From the NCBI GenBank assembly GCA_029248455.1, contig JAQWJH010000042.1, positions 1 to 53,531 of the forward strand: 53,531 bases of DNA. The letters are read 5' to 3'. Numbering within the stretch: position 1 is the stretch's first letter; every line of letters begins with the position of its first letter. This DNA comes from Flavobacteriaceae bacterium (GTDB lineage: Bacteria; Bacteroidota; Bacteroidia; Flavobacteriales; Flavobacteriaceae). Below the pieces are notes generated by a model, which worked only from the letters and a program-made list of their open reading frames with translations, did not search any database and was not told the origin of the DNA. Below are positions 26,680 through 37,472 of the stretch, in pieces. The translations under genes and the position numbers were made by a program.

Positions 26680-27810
26680 ATGATTTTTAATCTAGACTCA
26701 AAAGATCCAAACTCAAAAGCAAGAGCTGGGACAATAAAAACTGATCATGGATTAATTCATACTCCTATTTTTATGCCTGTTGGCACTTCTGCTACTGTAA
26801 AAGGTGTTCATCAAAGAGACTTAAAGCAAGAAGTCAACCCTGATATAATTCTAGGAAACACCTATCATCTTTATTTACGTCCCGGTGAAAAAATTATTGA
26901 AAAAGCAGGGGGAATTCATAAATTCATGAATTGGGATAGAAACATCTTGACAGATAGTGGGGGGTATCAAGTTTATTCTTTGTCCAATAATAGAAAAATT
27001 AATGAAGAAGGAGTAGAGTTTAAATCACACATTGATGGTTCATATCATTTTTTTTCACCTGAAAAAGCTATTAAAATTCAGAAAAAAATTGGAGCAGATA
27101 TAATAATGGCATTTGACGAATGCACTCCTTATCCTTGTGAATATAATTATGCTAAAAAATCTATGAATATGACTCATAGATGGTTAAAAAGATGCATTAA
27201 AGAATTCAATAAATACCCGTCTGTTTATGACTATGATCAAACTTTATTTCCAATTGTTCAAGGCAGTACTTTCAAAGATTTGAGAGCCGAATCTGCTGAC
27301 TTTATTACCAATATTGGAGCAAAGGGTAATGCAATTGGTGGTCTGTCAGTTGGAGAACCAGCTGATGAAATGTATGAAATGACACAAGTTGTATGTGACA
27401 TTCTACCTGAGGATAAACCAAGGTACTTAATGGGAGTTGGTACTCCGATTAATTTATTAGAAAATATAGCTCTTGGAGTTGATATGTTTGATTGTGTTAT
27501 GCCCTCAAGAAATGCAAGAAACGGAATGTTATTTACTGCAAATGGAACCATTAATATTAAAAATGAAAAATGGAAAGATAATTTTGAAGTTATTGATTCC
27601 GATAACTATTCGTTTGTTGATGTCAACTATTCTAAAGCCTATTTAAGACATTTATTTTCAACTAAAGAAGCATTGGGAAGGCAAATCGCAACAATACATA
27701 ATTTATCATTTTATTTGTGGCTCGTTAAAGAAGCTCGAAATAAAATTATTGATGGAACTTTTAAAGATTGGAAAGTTGGTATGGTAAAAAGAATGAATAA
27801 AAGATTATAA
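26680..27810 (+). CDS. tgt: Queuine tRNA-ribosyltransferase
   Basis: 376 aa. TPIFMPVGT, LTDSGGYQV, MAFDEC, GLSVGEP, FDCVMPSRNARNG. Confidence 0.92.
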   Translation: MIFNLDSKDPNSKARAGTIKTDHGLIHTPIFMPVGTSATVKGVHQRDLKQEVNPDIILGNTYHLYLRPGEKIIEKAGGIHKFMNWDRNILTDSGGYQVYSLSNNRKINEEGVEFKSHIDGSYHFFSPEKAIKIQKKIGADIIMAFDECTPYPCEYNYAKKSMNMTHRWLKRCIKEFNKYPSVYDYDQTLFPIVQGSTFKDLRAESADFITNIGAKGNAIGGLSVGEPADEMYEMTQVVCDILPEDKPRYLMGVGTPINLLENIALGVDMFDCVMPSRNARNGMLFTANGTINIKNEKWKDNFEVIDSDNYSFVDVNYSKAYLRHLFSTKEALGRQIATIHNLSFYLWLVKEARNKIIDGTFKDWKVGMVKRMNKRL

Positions 27811-27812
27811 AA

Positions 27813-28889
27813 GTGAAAATTTTAGATAGGTATATTATTGTAAAATACTTGAGCACTTTTTTTACCATGCTTTTTTTATTTATTCCTATTGGAATACTGG
27901 TAGATGTCTCTGAAAAAATTGATAAATTCAAAGAATTTGATGTTCCGCTTGAAGAAATTATTGATTATTACATTGATTTTGTTTGGTATTTTGGAAATAC
28001 ACTATACCCACTTTTTGTTTTTCTTTCAGTAATTTGGTTTACATCTAAAATTGCTAGTAACTCAGAAGTAATAGCTATTTTAAGTTCAGGAATATCTTTT
28101 AATAGATATTTAAAACCATTTATGCTGGGTGCTTTAATTGTAGCTATACTTGCTTTTTTCTCAGGAATGTTTATTGTTCCCGAAAAAAATAAAAGCTACA
28201 ATGAGTTTTCATATAAATATTTAAAAAAAAATAAAAAATCGAGAGTGACCTCCAAAATATACAAACAAGTTGACGAGAATGATTTTGTTTACGTAAGTAG
28301 TTACAATCCAACAAGAGAATTAGCTTATGACTTTTCTTACGAGCATTTTGAGGGTAATGATTTACAATTTAAAATTAGTGCACGAAACATACGCTGGATT
28401 GAGGATGATTCAATCTATAGACTAACTGATTATTTTAAAAGAAGTTTCAAGAATGATGCAGAATTTATTGAATCAAAGAAAATTTTAGACACTGTTTTTT
28501 CTTTTAAAATAAATGAGTTATCCTCAGTAAATTATATGGCTGAAACTCAGAATTTTTTTGAACTAAATAAATTTATTCAACAAGAAAAAGAAAGTGGGTC
28601 TCCTTTAATAAATAATCATTTATTGGTACGACATAAAAGATGGAGTCTTCCATTATCGACATTTATACTAACCCTTTTGGCAGTTTCAACTTCCTCTTTT
28701 AAAAGAAGAGAGGGTATGGGTGTAAACTTAGCTTTTGGAATAATTACAGCTTTCACATTTGTTTTTTTTGATAAGTTTTTTTCTGTAATGGTTAGTAAAT
28801 CAGGTCTTAACCCATTTTTAGGTGCATGGATACCAAATTTTATTTTTCTTTTTTTAGCAATTTATTTTTTAAAATATGCAAAAAAATAA
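27813..28889 (+). CDS. LptF/LptG (YjgP/YjgQ) family permease, GTG start
   Basis: 358 aa. MKILDRYI N-terminus typical of the family, six hydrophobic segments around a central periplasmic domain. Confidence 0.75.
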   Translation: MKILDRYIIVKYLSTFFTMLFLFIPIGILVDVSEKIDKFKEFDVPLEEIIDYYIDFVWYFGNTLYPLFVFLSVIWFTSKIASNSEVIAILSSGISFNRYLKPFMLGALIVAILAFFSGMFIVPEKNKSYNEFSYKYLKKNKKSRVTSKIYKQVDENDFVYVSSYNPTRELAYDFSYEHFEGNDLQFKISARNIRWIEDDSIYRLTDYFKRSFKNDAEFIESKKILDTVFSFKINELSSVNYMAETQNFFELNKFIQQEKESGSPLINNHLLVRHKRWSLPLSTFILTLLAVSTSSFKRREGMGVNLAFGIITAFTFVFFDKFFSVMVSKSGLNPFLGAWIPNFIFLFLAIYFLKYAKK

Positions 28890-29751
28890 AATTAAAAGTT
28901 TAATTCATTTTCATTTTATTGTTTTTGTTTTCGGATTTACAGCTATCCTTGGTTCATTAATTTCAATTAGCTCATTGAGTTTAGTTTGGTATAGAATGTT
29001 AATAGCGGTAATGTGTCTATTGATTATACTACCATTATTAAAGAAAAAGTTAATTATTCCAAAACCGCTTTTTTTAAAATTATTATTCTGTGGAATTTTA
29101 ATCTCATTACATTGGGTGTTTTTTTTTAAAGCCATAAAAGCTTCAAATGTTTCTATTACCTTATCTATTTTATCTTTAGGAGCATTTATGACATCTTTTT
29201 TGGAACCTTTATTTTACAAGAAAAAAATAATATTTTATGAGGTTTTTTTCGGTTTGTTGGTTGTATTAGGAACTGCAATAATTTTCAAAACTCAATTTAA
29301 ATATATGGAGGGGATAATTTATTCTCTAATTTCTGTAATTTTTAGTGTTTTATTTACATTGATTAACGGAAAGTTAGTTGGTCAAGCTTCTTCGTATACA
29401 ATTTCACTCTATGAACTACTGGGTGGTTTTATCACATTATCATTTATACTAATATTGAGTAATGATTTTAATACAGAATTATTTGTTTTGAAAAATAATG
29501 ATTTCTTGTGGCTTTTAATTTTAGGAACTATTTGTACTGCATACGCTTTTGTTGTTTCAGTAGACGTTATGAAACATTTATCACCCTACTCTTTGATGTT
29601 GTCAATTAATATGGAGCCTATTTATGGAATATTATTAGCTAGCCTATTTTTAAATGAATCAAAAAATATGTCATATCAATTTTATATGGGATTTAGTTTT
29701 ATTTTTTTAGCAGTTATTTTAAATGGTATTTTGAAGATTCGTCAAAAATAG
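28876..29751 (+). CDS. DMT/EamA-type membrane transporter
   Basis: 291 aa, about ten hydrophobic helices in two similar halves. Confidence 0.55.
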   Translation: MQKNKIKSLIHFHFIVFVFGFTAILGSLISISSLSLVWYRMLIAVMCLLIILPLLKKKLIIPKPLFLKLLFCGILISLHWVFFFKAIKASNVSITLSILSLGAFMTSFLEPLFYKKKIIFYEVFFGLLVVLGTAIIFKTQFKYMEGIIYSLISVIFSVLFTLINGKLVGQASSYTISLYELLGGFITLSFILILSNDFNTELFVLKNNDFLWLLILGTICTAYAFVVSVDVMKHLSPYSLMLSINMEPIYGILLASLFLNESKNMSYQFYMGFSFIFLAVILNGILKIRQK

Positions 29752-29772
29752 AAATAGTGTAGTTTATTATTT

Positions 29773-29780
29773 TATATTTG
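29773..29780 (+). promoter_or_regulatory. Candidate -7 promoter box TATATTTG for accA
   Basis: Perfect TAnnTTTG, 16 nt before the ATG at 29797. Confidence 0.4.
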
Positions 29781-29796
29781 ATAAGATTTTAAATTT

Positions 29797-30750
29797 ATGG
29801 AATATTTAGATTTCGAAACTCCCTTAAAAGATCTAGAAGATCAATTAATTGAATGTAAATTAATTGGCGATAAGAGTGATATTGATGTTTCTCAAACATG
29901 TAAGAAATTAACTAATAAAATTCAAGAAACTAAAAAACAGATATATAAAAATATTACACCATGGCAACGTGTACAATTATCAAGACACCCATCTCGTCCA
30001 TATACACTCGATTACATTAAAGCCTTAACAAATAATACTTTTTTAGAGCTTCATGGTGATAGAAATATAAGAGACGATAAAGCGATGATAGGAGGTTTAG
30101 GAAAAATTAATGACCAGTCATACATGTTTATTGGCCAACAAAAAGGATATAATACAAAAACCAGACAATACCGCAACTTTGGAATGGCAAATCCTGAGGG
30201 ATATAGAAAAGCCCTCAGATTAATGAAGTCTGCTGAAAAATTCAATATTCCTATAATTACATTAATTGATACACCTGGAGCTTATCCTGGTTTGGAAGCT
30301 GAAGAAAGAGGACAAGGTGAAGCAATTGCTAAAAATTTATTTGAAATGTTTAAACTTAAAACTCAAATAATTTGTATTGTTATTGGTGAGGGTGCTTCCG
30401 GAGGTGCTTTAGGAATTGGTATAGGAGATTCTGTAATGATGCTTGAGAACACTTGGTATTCTGTTATTTCACCGGAATCATGTTCATCAATTTTATGGAG
30501 AAGTTGGGATTTTAAGGAAAATGCTGCCGAAGCTTTAAAATTAACTCCACACGATATGAAAAAAAATAATTTAATTGACAAAATCATTTCTGAACCACTC
30601 GGAGGTGCTCATAGAGATAGAGAAAAGACATTTTTAAATGTAAAAAACGCTATTTTAAATTCATACGACATATTAAAGACTAAAGATTTAGATGTTTTGG
30701 TTGAAGAGAGAATGAAAAAGTTTACTTCGATGGGCGTTTATAATTCTTAA
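29797..30750 (+). CDS. accA: Acetyl-CoA carboxylase carboxyltransferase alpha subunit
   Basis: 317 aa. [45 protein letters not shown]. Confidence 0.92.
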   Translation: MEYLDFETPLKDLEDQLIECKLIGDKSDIDVSQTCKKLTNKIQETKKQIYKNITPWQRVQLSRHPSRPYTLDYIKALTNNTFLELHGDRNIRDDKAMIGGLGKINDQSYMFIGQQKGYNTKTRQYRNFGMANPEGYRKALRLMKSAEKFNIPIITLIDTPGAYPGLEAEERGQGEAIAKNLFEMFKLKTQIICIVIGEGASGGALGIGIGDSVMMLENTWYSVISPESCSSILWRSWDFKENAAEALKLTPHDMKKNNLIDKIISEPLGGAHRDREKTFLNVKNAILNSYDILKTKDLDVLVEERMKKFTSMGVYNS

Positions 30751-30853
30751 TTTTCTAGATATCAACATTTTTTTTTTCGTTGTTAACAAAAATTGTTCGT
30801 TATAATTACTTTTAATATTATTCTCTGGTGTTATGTTTTATTAAGTTAGCTTA

Positions 30854-32374
30854 ATGGAAAAACCTAAACCTCTTTTTGAACGAGTTAACAAATCCCCCTC
30901 AGTTGTTTCTTTTGAAAGGGGCAAAATTCCTCCCCAGGCTTTAGATTTAGAAGAGGTTGTTTTGGGTGCTATGATGATTGATAAAAAAGGTGTTGATGCA
31001 GTAATTGATATTTTACACCCTTATGCTTTTTATAAGGAAGCTCATCAGTTCGTTTTTGAAGCTATTGTTAAATTGTTTGAAAATACAGAACCGATTGACT
31101 TGTTGACAGTATCGTCAAAGTTAAAGTCTGAGGGAAGACTGGATAAGGTAGGGGGAGATTACTATTTAGTTCAGTTAACTCAAAAAGTTTCTTCATCTGC
31201 TCATATTGAGTATCATGCAAGAATTATTTTACAAAAATATATTCAGCGAAGTTTAATAAAGATATCTACAGAAATTATTGAAGATTCTTATGATGAAACA
31301 CAAGATGTTTTTGATCTTTTAGATACTGCTGAATCTAAATTGTATGATGTAACCCAAGGTAATATTAAAAAATCTACTGAAACTGCTCAAAGTTTAGTAA
31401 TACAGGCGAAAAAGAAAATTGAAGAAATTTCTAACAAAGACGGCTTAAGTGGAGTCCCCTCAGGTTTTTCTGATGTTGATAAGCTCACATCAGGTTGGCA
31501 GCCCAGTGACCTTGTAATAATTGCCGCAAGACCTGGAATGGGAAAAACTGCTCTAACTTTATCAATGGCTAGAAACATGGCTGTAGCAAAAAATATTCCT
31601 GTCGCATTTTTTTCATTAGAAATGTCTTCAATTCAACTTATAACAAGATTAATTTCTTCTGAAACTGGTTTGTCCTCTGAGAAGCTTAGAACAGGTAATT
31701 TAGAAAAATTTGAGTGGGAGCAATTAAATGTTAAAGTATCTTCATTGGAAAATGCTCCTTTATATATAGATGACACTCCCTCTTTATCAATTTTTGATTT
31801 AAGAGCAAAAGCTAGAAGATTATCCTCTCAATATGGGATTAAACTGATAGTTATTGATTATTTACAATTAATGACAGCTGGTGGTAGTAATAAAAATGGA
31901 AATAGAGAACAAGAAATTTCCACTATTTCAAGAAACTTAAAAGCATTAGCTAAAGAGCTGAATGTTCCAGTAATAGCATTATCTCAGTTATCAAGGGCGG
32001 TTGAAACACGAGGAGGAAGTAAAAGACCTATTCTTTCTGATTTAAGAGAGTCTGGTGCTATTGAACAAGATGCGGATATTGTTTCGTTTATTTATAGACC
32101 TGAATATTATAAAATTGATGAATGGGATGATGAGGAAAGAACACCATCAACTGGTCAAGCAGAATTTATAGTAGCCAAGCATAGAAATGGTGGTTTGAGC
32201 AATATAAGACTTAAGTTTATTTCCAACCTGGGTAAATTTGAAAATATTGATAACTTCGATTCACCTTTTGAATATCAATCAAAAATAAACCAAGAAAGTC
32301 CTAAGATTAATCCAGATCAAGCATTTGAAAGTGGAACATACAGGGCAGAGGATGGAGAAGATATACCGTTCTAG
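30854..32374 (+). CDS. dnaB: Replicative DNA helicase
   Basis: 506 aa. PPQALDLEEVVLGAMM, Walker A AARPGMGKT, IDYLQLM, SQLSRAVE, HRNG. Confidence 0.95.
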   Translation: MEKPKPLFERVNKSPSVVSFERGKIPPQALDLEEVVLGAMMIDKKGVDAVIDILHPYAFYKEAHQFVFEAIVKLFENTEPIDLLTVSSKLKSEGRLDKVGGDYYLVQLTQKVSSSAHIEYHARIILQKYIQRSLIKISTEIIEDSYDETQDVFDLLDTAESKLYDVTQGNIKKSTETAQSLVIQAKKKIEEISNKDGLSGVPSGFSDVDKLTSGWQPSDLVIIAARPGMGKTALTLSMARNMAVAKNIPVAFFSLEMSSIQLITRLISSETGLSSEKLRTGNLEKFEWEQLNVKVSSLENAPLYIDDTPSLSIFDLRAKARRLSSQYGIKLIVIDYLQLMTAGGSNKNGNREQEISTISRNLKALAKELNVPVIALSQLSRAVETRGGSKRPILSDLRESGAIEQDADIVSFIYRPEYYKIDEWDDEERTPSTGQAEFIVAKHRNGGLSNIRLKFISNLGKFENIDNFDSPFEYQSKINQESPKINPDQAFESGTYRAEDGEDIPF

Positions 32375-32375
32375 T

Positions 32376-32720
32376 TTACTTAACTTTTTTAACAATATCT
32401 GAAAATGCTTCAGGATTGTTCATTGCCAAATCTGCAAGAACCTTTCTGTTAATATCTATATTGTTTTGCTTTAATTTACCCATTAGTTCTGAATAAGACA
32501 AGCCATGTAATCTGGCTCCTGCATTTATTCTAGTAATCCACAAAGCTCTAAAAGTTCTTTTTTTATTTTTTCTATCCCTGTATGCATATGTTAACCCTTT
32601 TTCTACTGCATTTTTTGCAACAGTCCAAACGTTTTTTCTCCTTCCAAAATATCCTTTTGCTTGTTTAAGAATTTTTTTTCTTCTTTTTCTTGATGCTACT
32701 GAATTTACTGATTTTGGCAT
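32376..32720 (-). CDS. rplT: 50S ribosomal protein L20
   Basis: 114 aa. [33 protein letters not shown]. Confidence 0.95.
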   Translation of the reverse strand: MPKSVNSVASRKRRKKILKQAKGYFGRRKNVWTVAKNAVEKGLTYAYRDRKNKKRTFRALWITRINAGARLHGLSYSELMGKLKQNNIDINRKVLADLAMNNPEAFSDIVKKVK

Positions 32721-32797
32721 AATTTTTTATTTTTTAGATTAGGCGTCACGTAGTGAACTTTTGGCCTTTTTCTTGGTTAAATTTGACTTTTAAACCG

Positions 32798-32995
32798 TTA
32801 CTTTAAACGTAATTGTTTTTTTATGTTATCACTATCACTTTCATGAACTAAAGTCGAATGAGTAAGAGCCAATTTTCTTTTTTTCGATTTTTTAGTTAAA
32901 ATATGGCTTTTGAAAGCGTGTTTTCTCTTTATTTTACCTGTTCCAGTTACTTTAAATCTTTTTTTAGCACTGGATTTTGTTTTCATTTTAGGCAT
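32798..32995 (-). CDS. rpmI: 50S ribosomal protein L35
   Basis: 65 aa. [31 protein letters not shown]. Confidence 0.95.
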   Translation of the reverse strand: MPKMKTKSSAKKRFKVTGTGKIKRKHAFKSHILTKKSKKRKLALTHSTLVHESDSDNIKKQLRLK

Positions 32996-33019
32996 AGCTA
33001 ATATCTTCTTAATTAATTT

Positions 33020-33571
33020 TTATTTCTTAGGGGCCACAAACATAATCATTTTTTTTCCTTCCATGGTAGGTAATGACTCAACTTTTCCATATTCTTCTAG
33101 TTCTTGGGCTAATTTTAATAATAATATCTGACCTTTTTCTTTAAAAATTATTGACCTTCCCTTAAAAAAAACAAAAGCTTTAAGTTTTGCTCCTTCTTTT
33201 AAAAATTTAATACCATGTTTTTTCTTGAACTCATAGTCGTGCTGATCTGTGTTGGGACCAAATCTAATTTCTTTAACAATTACTTTTGTTGATTTGGATT
33301 TGATTATTTTCTCTCTTTTCTTTTGTTCATATAGAAATTTCTTGTATTCCATTACTTTACAAACCGGTGGTGTTGCTTTGGGAGATATTTCTACAAGATC
33401 TAACTCTAATTCTTTGGCAATTTGTAGTGCCTTATTAAGATTATATATTCCAACATCTACGTTATCACCAACTAATCTTATTTCGTTAGCTCTAATATCC
33501 TCATTAATTTTATGAGGATTTTGTTTAATTATTCTAGCAGGTTGTCTGCTTCTTTTTCTTCGAATTGCTAT
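33020..33571 (-). CDS. infC: Translation initiation factor IF-3 with non-canonical start (ATA at 33571..33569, or ATT at 33565..33563)
   Basis: The ORF track shows only the C-terminal 110 aa. The same frame is open upstream and encodes the IF3 N-domain (I)AIRRKRSRQPARIIKQNPHKINEDIRANEIRLVGDNVDVGIYNLNKALQIAKELELDLVEISPKATPPVCKVMEYKKF. No ATG/GTG/TTG lies between the in-frame TAA at 33589..33587 and residue M74. Confidence 0.85.
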   Translation of the reverse strand: MAIRRKRSRQPARIIKQNPHKINEDIRANEIRLVGDNVDVGIYNLNKALQIAKELELDLVEISPKATPPVCKVMEYKKFLYEQKKREKIIKSKSTKVIVKEIRFGPNTDQHDYEFKKKHGIKFLKEGAKLKAFVFFKGRSIIFKEKGQILLLKLAQELEEYGKVESLPTMEGKKMIMFVAPKK

Positions 33572-33586
33572 AGCTGTAAATTTAAG

Positions 33587-35530
33587 TTAATTAAAATCTT
33601 TTATTGTTTTTTTTGATTCTTGAGTTATAAAATTTATTAATTCTTTAATATTTTTATTTCCAAAATCATTACCACCATGACCTCTAACTGAAAAAATATT
33701 ACTTTTTTCTTCTTCATCTCCAATAATAATCATGAAGGGAATTTTCTCTAATTCAGCTTCTCTTATTTTTTTACTAACAGTTTCATTTCTAAAATCTGCG
33801 AGTGCGCGAATTTCGTCATTTTCTAGTAATTTTAAAACTTTTTCAGTGTATTTTTTATGTTTTTCTCCAACAGGAATTAGTTTTATCTGATTGGAAGTCA
33901 ACCATAAAGGAAAATTCCCACCAGTGTGTTCAATCAAAATTGCTATGAACCTTTCCATACTACCAAACGGAGCTCTATGAATCATTACAGGACGTTTGGT
34001 ATTATTTTCGCTATCAACATAGCTCAAATCAAATCTTTCAGGAAGATTATAATCAACTTGAATGGTTCCCAATTGCCATTCTCGTCCAAGAGCATCTTTT
34101 ACCATAAAGTCGAGTTTAGGACCATAGAAAGCGGCTTCACCATATTCAATTTTGTAATTAATACCCTTCTCATTTGTCGCATTTATAATAGCTTGTTCTG
34201 CGGTGTTCCAAACTTCATCAGTTCCGATGTATTTTTGTTTATTATTAGGATCTCTCAGTGATATTTGAGCTGTAAAATTTTCAAAACCTAAAGAATTAAA
34301 AACATATAAAACAAGATCTATTACATTTTTAAATTCTGAATTTAGTTGATCTTGAGTGCAAAAAATATGCGCATCATCTTGAGTAAACCCTCTCACTCTT
34401 GTTAAACCGTGAAGCTCTCCACTTTGTTCATATCTGTAAACTGTCCCAAATTCTGCATATCTAACAGGAAGTTCCTTATAACTCCACTGTTTAGCATTAA
34501 ACATTTCACAGTGGTGCGGGCAATTCATTGGTTTTAAAAGAAATTCTTCTCCATCAGCTGGTGTGGAAATAGGTTGAAAACTACTTTCACCATACTTTTG
34601 ATAATGACCTGAAGTTTCATAGAGTTCTTTATTTCCAATGTGTGGAGAAATAACTTGTTGATATCCTGCTTTCTTTTGTGCTTTTTTAAGAAAGGCTTCT
34701 AATCTTTCTCTTAGCTCAGCACCTTTTGGAAGCCAAAGAGGTAACCCTTGTCCAACTTTGGTTGAAAAAGTAAAAAGTTCCAATTGTTTCCCCAATTTTC
34801 TATGGTCTCTTTTTTTTGCTTCCTCCAAAAGAGAAAGGTGTTGAGTAAGTTCCTTTTGCTTGGGAAATGAAATCCCGTAAACTCTTGTTAGTTGTTTGTT
34901 GTTCTGATCTCCTTTCCAATAGGCACCAGCAACACTTAATAATTTTACTGCTTTTATTAGCCCAGTATTAGGAATATGACCTCCTCTGCATAAATCTGAG
35001 AAATTATCGTGGTTACAAAAAGTTATAGTCCCATCATCTAAATTATTTATTAACTCAATTTTATATTGATTTTCTTTCTTTTTGTAATAATCAAGTGCTT
35101 CTTTTTTTGATTTTGATTCTAGTTCAAACACATGTTTATTTCTTGAAATTTCTATCATCTTTTTTTCAATTTCTGGAAAATCTTTTTCTGACATCACATG
35201 ATTTCCAAAATCAACATCGTAATAAAAACCATTTGAAATTGCGGGTCCAATCGTGAGTTTAATCCCTGGGTAAAAATTTTCAAGAGCTTGAGCTAGAACA
35301 TGCGCAGAAGAGTGCCAAAAAGCTTTTTTACCCTCTGAATCATTCCATGTATAAAAAATAAGCTTTCCACTTTTTTTAAGCTTTGTGGATGTTTCTATGG
35401 TCTTGTTATTAAAATTTGCGGATATTATGTTTCTAGCTAAACCTTCACTTATTGAAGACGCTATTTCATAAGGACTTGAATTTATTTTGTAGGACCTTGT
35501 TGCTCCATCTGGAAAAGTAATTTCAATCAT
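33587..35530 (-). CDS. thrS: Threonine--tRNA ligase
   Basis: 647 aa. TGS N-terminus, HSSAHVLA editing motif, class II core FLLKPMNCPHH, RVRGFTQDDAHIF. Confidence 0.95.
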   Translation of the reverse strand: MIEITFPDGATRSYKINSSPYEIASSISEGLARNIISANFNNKTIETSTKLKKSGKLIFYTWNDSEGKKAFWHSSAHVLAQALENFYPGIKLTIGPAISNGFYYDVDFGNHVMSEKDFPEIEKKMIEISRNKHVFELESKSKKEALDYYKKKENQYKIELINNLDDGTITFCNHDNFSDLCRGGHIPNTGLIKAVKLLSVAGAYWKGDQNNKQLTRVYGISFPKQKELTQHLSLLEEAKKRDHRKLGKQLELFTFSTKVGQGLPLWLPKGAELRERLEAFLKKAQKKAGYQQVISPHIGNKELYETSGHYQKYGESSFQPISTPADGEEFLLKPMNCPHHCEMFNAKQWSYKELPVRYAEFGTVYRYEQSGELHGLTRVRGFTQDDAHIFCTQDQLNSEFKNVIDLVLYVFNSLGFENFTAQISLRDPNNKQKYIGTDEVWNTAEQAIINATNEKGINYKIEYGEAAFYGPKLDFMVKDALGREWQLGTIQVDYNLPERFDLSYVDSENNTKRPVMIHRAPFGSMERFIAILIEHTGGNFPLWLTSNQIKLIPVGEKHKKYTEKVLKLLENDEIRALADFRNETVSKKIREAELEKIPFMIIIGDEEEKSNIFSVRGHGGNDFGNKNIKELINFITQESKKTIKDFN

Positions 35531-35570
35531 TTACTTAATTAATTATAATTGTAAAGATAATATCATTGAT

Positions 35571-35807
35571 TTACTTAACAACATTACTGTCTTCTTTTTT
35601 AAAAATAGAACTCATAATATTTTTTAATCCTATGAACCCAATAAAAATAGATAAAAGACATAGAATTAGACTTATTATTAATACTCCTTCAAACCAAGGA
35701 TGATTTTGGTTTTTAAAAGATTGAAAAAGAAGGGTTGGTCCAACAAACATTAAAAAAAGTGATAAAAAAATATTTTTTAACCCTTTTTTAAAAAGATTAG
35801 ATTTCAT
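35571..35807 (-). CDS. Small hypothetical membrane protein (two predicted TM helices)
   Basis: 78 aa, two hydrophobic stretches, 2-nt gap from murQ. No recognisable family. Confidence 0.4.
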   Translation of the reverse strand: MKSNLFKKGLKNIFLSLFLMFVGPTLLFQSFKNQNHPWFEGVLIISLILCLLSIFIGFIGLKNIMSSIFKKEDSNVVK

Positions 35808-35809
35808 TT

Positions 35810-36616
35810 TTAAAAATTTTTAATAGCATTTCTTACACTTTTATATTCACTTAAAAGTAATTTGGCTTTTTTTTCAGTAATATTTAATTGAGTCATTAAC
35901 ATTAAAGTAGCTCTGTTAACAAGTTTTTTATTAGAAAGCTGCATATCAATCATTTTATTTCCTTTCACTCGTCCCATTTTAATCATTACAGTCGTAGAAA
36001 TCATATTTAAAATTAATTTCTGAGCTGTTCCGGCTTTCATTCTGGAACTTCCAGTTATTACCTCAGGCCCAACGGCAACTTCAATTGGATAGTTAGATAT
36101 TTTAGAAATTGGACTCCCTGGATTGCATGTTATGCAACCTGTTGGGATTTTATTTTTATTACAATTCTCTATCGCACCTAGTACATAAGGTGTAGTTCCA
36201 GATGCAGCAATTCCAATAACAAAATCATTCGTTGATATGTTGTATTTTACAAGATCTTTCCAGCCTTGATTAGGTTCATCCTCAGCATTTTCAACACTTT
36301 TTCTTATTGCTTTATCTCCTCCTGCTATAATTCCTGTAACTAATTCAGAACTTACTCCGAAGGTCGGAGGGCACTCTGAAGCATCAACTACACCAAGCCT
36401 TCCACTAGTGCCTGAACCAATATAAAAAAGTCTTCCTCTATTTTTTATTTGGGCTACTGCTTTTGTAATAAGCTTATTAATTTTAGGTATTACTTTTTTT
36501 ACGGAAATTGCTACGGTTTGATCTTCTAAATTTATAATTTTTAAAAGTCTATCTACTGACTTCTTTTCCAAGTTATCATAATTAGAATCTGATTCGGTTA
36601 TTTTTTCGAAACTCAT
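35810..36616 (-). CDS. murQ: N-acetylmuramic acid 6-phosphate etherase
   Basis: 268 aa. SIS-domain motif GSGTSGRLGVVDASECPPTFG, TGSSRMKAGTAQK. Confidence 0.88.
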   Translation of the reverse strand: MSFEKITESDSNYDNLEKKSVDRLLKIINLEDQTVAISVKKVIPKINKLITKAVAQIKNRGRLFYIGSGTSGRLGVVDASECPPTFGVSSELVTGIIAGGDKAIRKSVENAEDEPNQGWKDLVKYNISTNDFVIGIAASGTTPYVLGAIENCNKNKIPTGCITCNPGSPISKISNYPIEVAVGPEVITGSSRMKAGTAQKLILNMISTTVMIKMGRVKGNKMIDMQLSNKKLVNRATLMLMTQLNITEKKAKLLLSEYKSVRNAIKNF

Positions 36617-36626
36617 TAATCATTTT

Positions 36627-37472
36627 TTAATCAAAAAGTCCATCTGGAGCATCTTCCTTTGATAATCTAAAATAATCAAATTCTGAAACTCTATAGAACC
36701 CCAAAGGAAATTTTTCAGGATTTGATTGGTTTGTAATATTTCCTCTGATAATTGCACTGGCAGACGAGAATGGTCTACCATTTTGCGCTCCGGCTTGAGC
36801 TGTTAATATATTAAGATAATTAAAACCTTCTTCAGTTAATCCTGTCATTTCTATGTTAACAAACTTATCATTTTTAAAATATTTTGTTTTATCAATAAAA
36901 AAAGAAAAAGTGAATTGATTTCCATTAGTGTAAAGGTCTCTTGACACTAGATAATCGTATGTATTTGCCTCTCCTTTTGGACCAAATTTCCAGAGATTAA
37001 AATCACCAATTTCTTTAGGATCGGTAAAGGTAATTAGTAATTCTATCTCATCTTTATTGAGTGATTTTCTATCTCCAAACACCACAGATTCAATACCTGA
37101 AATTTTTATTAATTTTTCAGTTGAATAATAATTTTCATTGCCGAACTTAACAAAGAACTCATAATTTTCTTTAAAATTTATGTAATCGATTGTGTTTGTG
37201 TAATATTTATGTTTTGTATCAAAATCTAAATCAATATTTCCATTTTTAGTTTTAATATAAACATTTGCATTTTCTATTATAGTGTTGTTTTCTCCAAAAT
37301 ATGGAGCAGTTTTACTAACTGTTACCACAGCAGTGGCAAAATCTTCATTAATATTCTTAAAAATTGATGCATCGAAAACAATTCTTTCATCAGAATAATC
37401 TGCTTCGATATTTATAACTTTTTCACAGCTATATAAAATTATAATTATTGTACAAAAAAAATATTTTTTCAT
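36627..37472 (-). CDS. DUF4249-like lipoprotein (partner of the upstream TonB-dependent receptor)
   Basis: 281 aa, lipobox IIILYSC. Sits immediately after the TBDR with zero gap, the usual Bacteroidetes TBDR-DUF4249 arrangement. Confidence 0.55.
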   Translation of the reverse strand: MKKYFFCTIIIILYSCEKVINIEADYSDERIVFDASIFKNINEDFATAVVTVSKTAPYFGENNTIIENANVYIKTKNGNIDLDFDTKHKYYTNTIDYINFKENYEFFVKFGNENYYSTEKLIKISGIESVVFGDRKSLNKDEIELLITFTDPKEIGDFNLWKFGPKGEANTYDYLVSRDLYTNGNQFTFSFFIDKTKYFKNDKFVNIEMTGLTEEGFNYLNILTAQAGAQNGRPFSSASAIIRGNITNQSNPEKFPLGFYRVSEFDYFRLSKEDAPDGLFD

